NCBI GenBank assembly: GCA_964199315.1
Contig: OZ116712.1
Span: forward strand, 11,718,001-11,782,000
Direction of reading: 5' to 3'
Length of the DNA stretch: 64,000 nucleotides
Origin: Orbicella franksi
Taxonomy: Eukaryota
Below are positions 62,653 through 64,000 of this stretch, piece by piece; position 1 is the first letter of the stretch, and each line of letters opens with the position of its first letter. A program made the position numbers and the translations under genes. Under the pieces are notes generated by a model that had not been told where the DNA came from, searched no databases, and was given only the letters and a program-made list of their open reading frames with translations.

Positions 62653-64000
62653 GACTTGCCGGAAAAGGGAAAATCCTTGTTTTAAACGTCCCGCGACGTA
62701 TTCAGAAATAATCTTTTGTACTGTAGTATTGTAAATCATCAGAAAACGTGTGATGTTTTCATTTACAAACATTACTAAATATTTCACAAATTCAAGCTAA
62801 AATGTAACATGGGCAAGACATCTCGATGTAATTTTCTACTTATTATTTTAACTAGGACAGTTATCGTGATGTCTTCTCAACAATAGTTCAGTTGCTTTAA
62901 GTCATAATGTTGTAGTTACGTCAAGTGGTATTCTGGGTATCTAAAGGGCACACGCACAGAGAACGGACGATTCTATTTTCGTTCTGTTCCGTTTTATTTT
63001 TGTCATTGGTGTTCCTTATTTAAAATAACATACGGAATAACATGCAAGTGTAATATAATACAGGTGCCTCTTTGTGTAAATTATGGTTAGTGAGGGTCAA
63101 CACAGTAGAATAATTTATTGTCATCTTTAAATTGTACAGATAGAAGATAACCAAAAGAAAAATAGGAAGAAATAATGTTTTCCATTCCATTAAGAGATAA
63201 GGAATTGTGGTTAAGTAATTTAAAAATTCAAGATGTACATGTATCAATTTGGAAGACGACCGCAATTACGGATTGGGAGCGTGAAATATAGAAAATAATT
63301 AATGTCTAAATAAAGACAAAGAATTGATGATCGTAAGAAATATTTCCTTAGTGCGACTTATAGTTCTTTACGACTTTGAAAGCATAGGAGGGCAGACGCA
63401 AAATTCGTCTGGACTACATGTCTCTATCGTAAAGAAAACTTTAGCTTAATGTTACATTTTACATTCATTATTTGTGAGAGGGAAACTTTTTTTTTTCAGC
63501 AATCTTGCTAAAAAACCCGATGTCTGGAGTTGAGTGCTATTATTTTCGGAATGGTACAAATTTTAGTTATTAATTTTGTTAACTCGTATAGGTGTGAAGA
63601 TCAATCCCATTGTATCCAAGCGTTTTAGGCGAGGAAACTTATATTTGTAAATGCGCGATCTATAAATTATATTAAATTATCTGGTCGATTTAATAAATAT
63701 CATTCAAACTACTTTAGTTGTTCATTGGTCATCAATCACACTACAGTAGTAGATTTTCTTTGTAGCTTTGGACGAGTCACGGGTAAAATGTCTTTAACTG
63801 TCTCTTATGTCGAATTCTGCTTCTCTTCACTTTAACACCTTCACATGTCTTTCAATCTAAAACTTTTAACAGTGATTAGTCTAATGAAGCTGTGTATTGT
63901 TTCGAAAGGTTATTCCAAAGCAATTTGTATTACGTACTTAAAAACAGTACCCAAAGAATAGTGCAGTATAAGTGTAATACCAGTGCAAAGTTCGAAACTA

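Overview
AT-rich, intron- and repeat-dense animal genomic DNA. The repeat families and gene set suggest an anthozoan, probably a stony coral (inference, not a database match). No prokaryotic features, rRNA, intact tRNA or CRISPR array were found. Three spliced genes were reconstructed by hand. (1) The 3' part of a PFTAIRE-type CDK (CDK14/15-like; + strand, 9 coding exons, 1502-19115). (2) A complete ARHGAP11A-like RhoGAP (- strand, 10 exons, 35260-27140, 621 aa). (3) A complete RasGRP (+ strand, 35882-62652, 690 aa; REM, CDC25, two EF-hands, C1, coiled coil), head-to-head with the RhoGAP across 621 bp. Introns hold many decayed DNA transposons and MITEs (Tc1/mariner, TTAA Kolobok-like, AcademH-like, MULE, hAT-like) and LINE relics. 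Top observations: (a) the RasGRP frame closes only if 2 nt (AG) are added at one junction, and the intron holds a cag|AG|gtgagt candidate 2-nt microexon, with a GT-AC intron as the alternative; (b) a 4.1-kb TA-flanked Tc1-like element carries a divergently oriented BEN-domain ORF next to its DD34E-type transposase; (c) a GC-AG intron splits the C1 domain; (d) a probable intron begins 3 nt after the CDK stop codon. All homology calls are by motif recognition, without any search.
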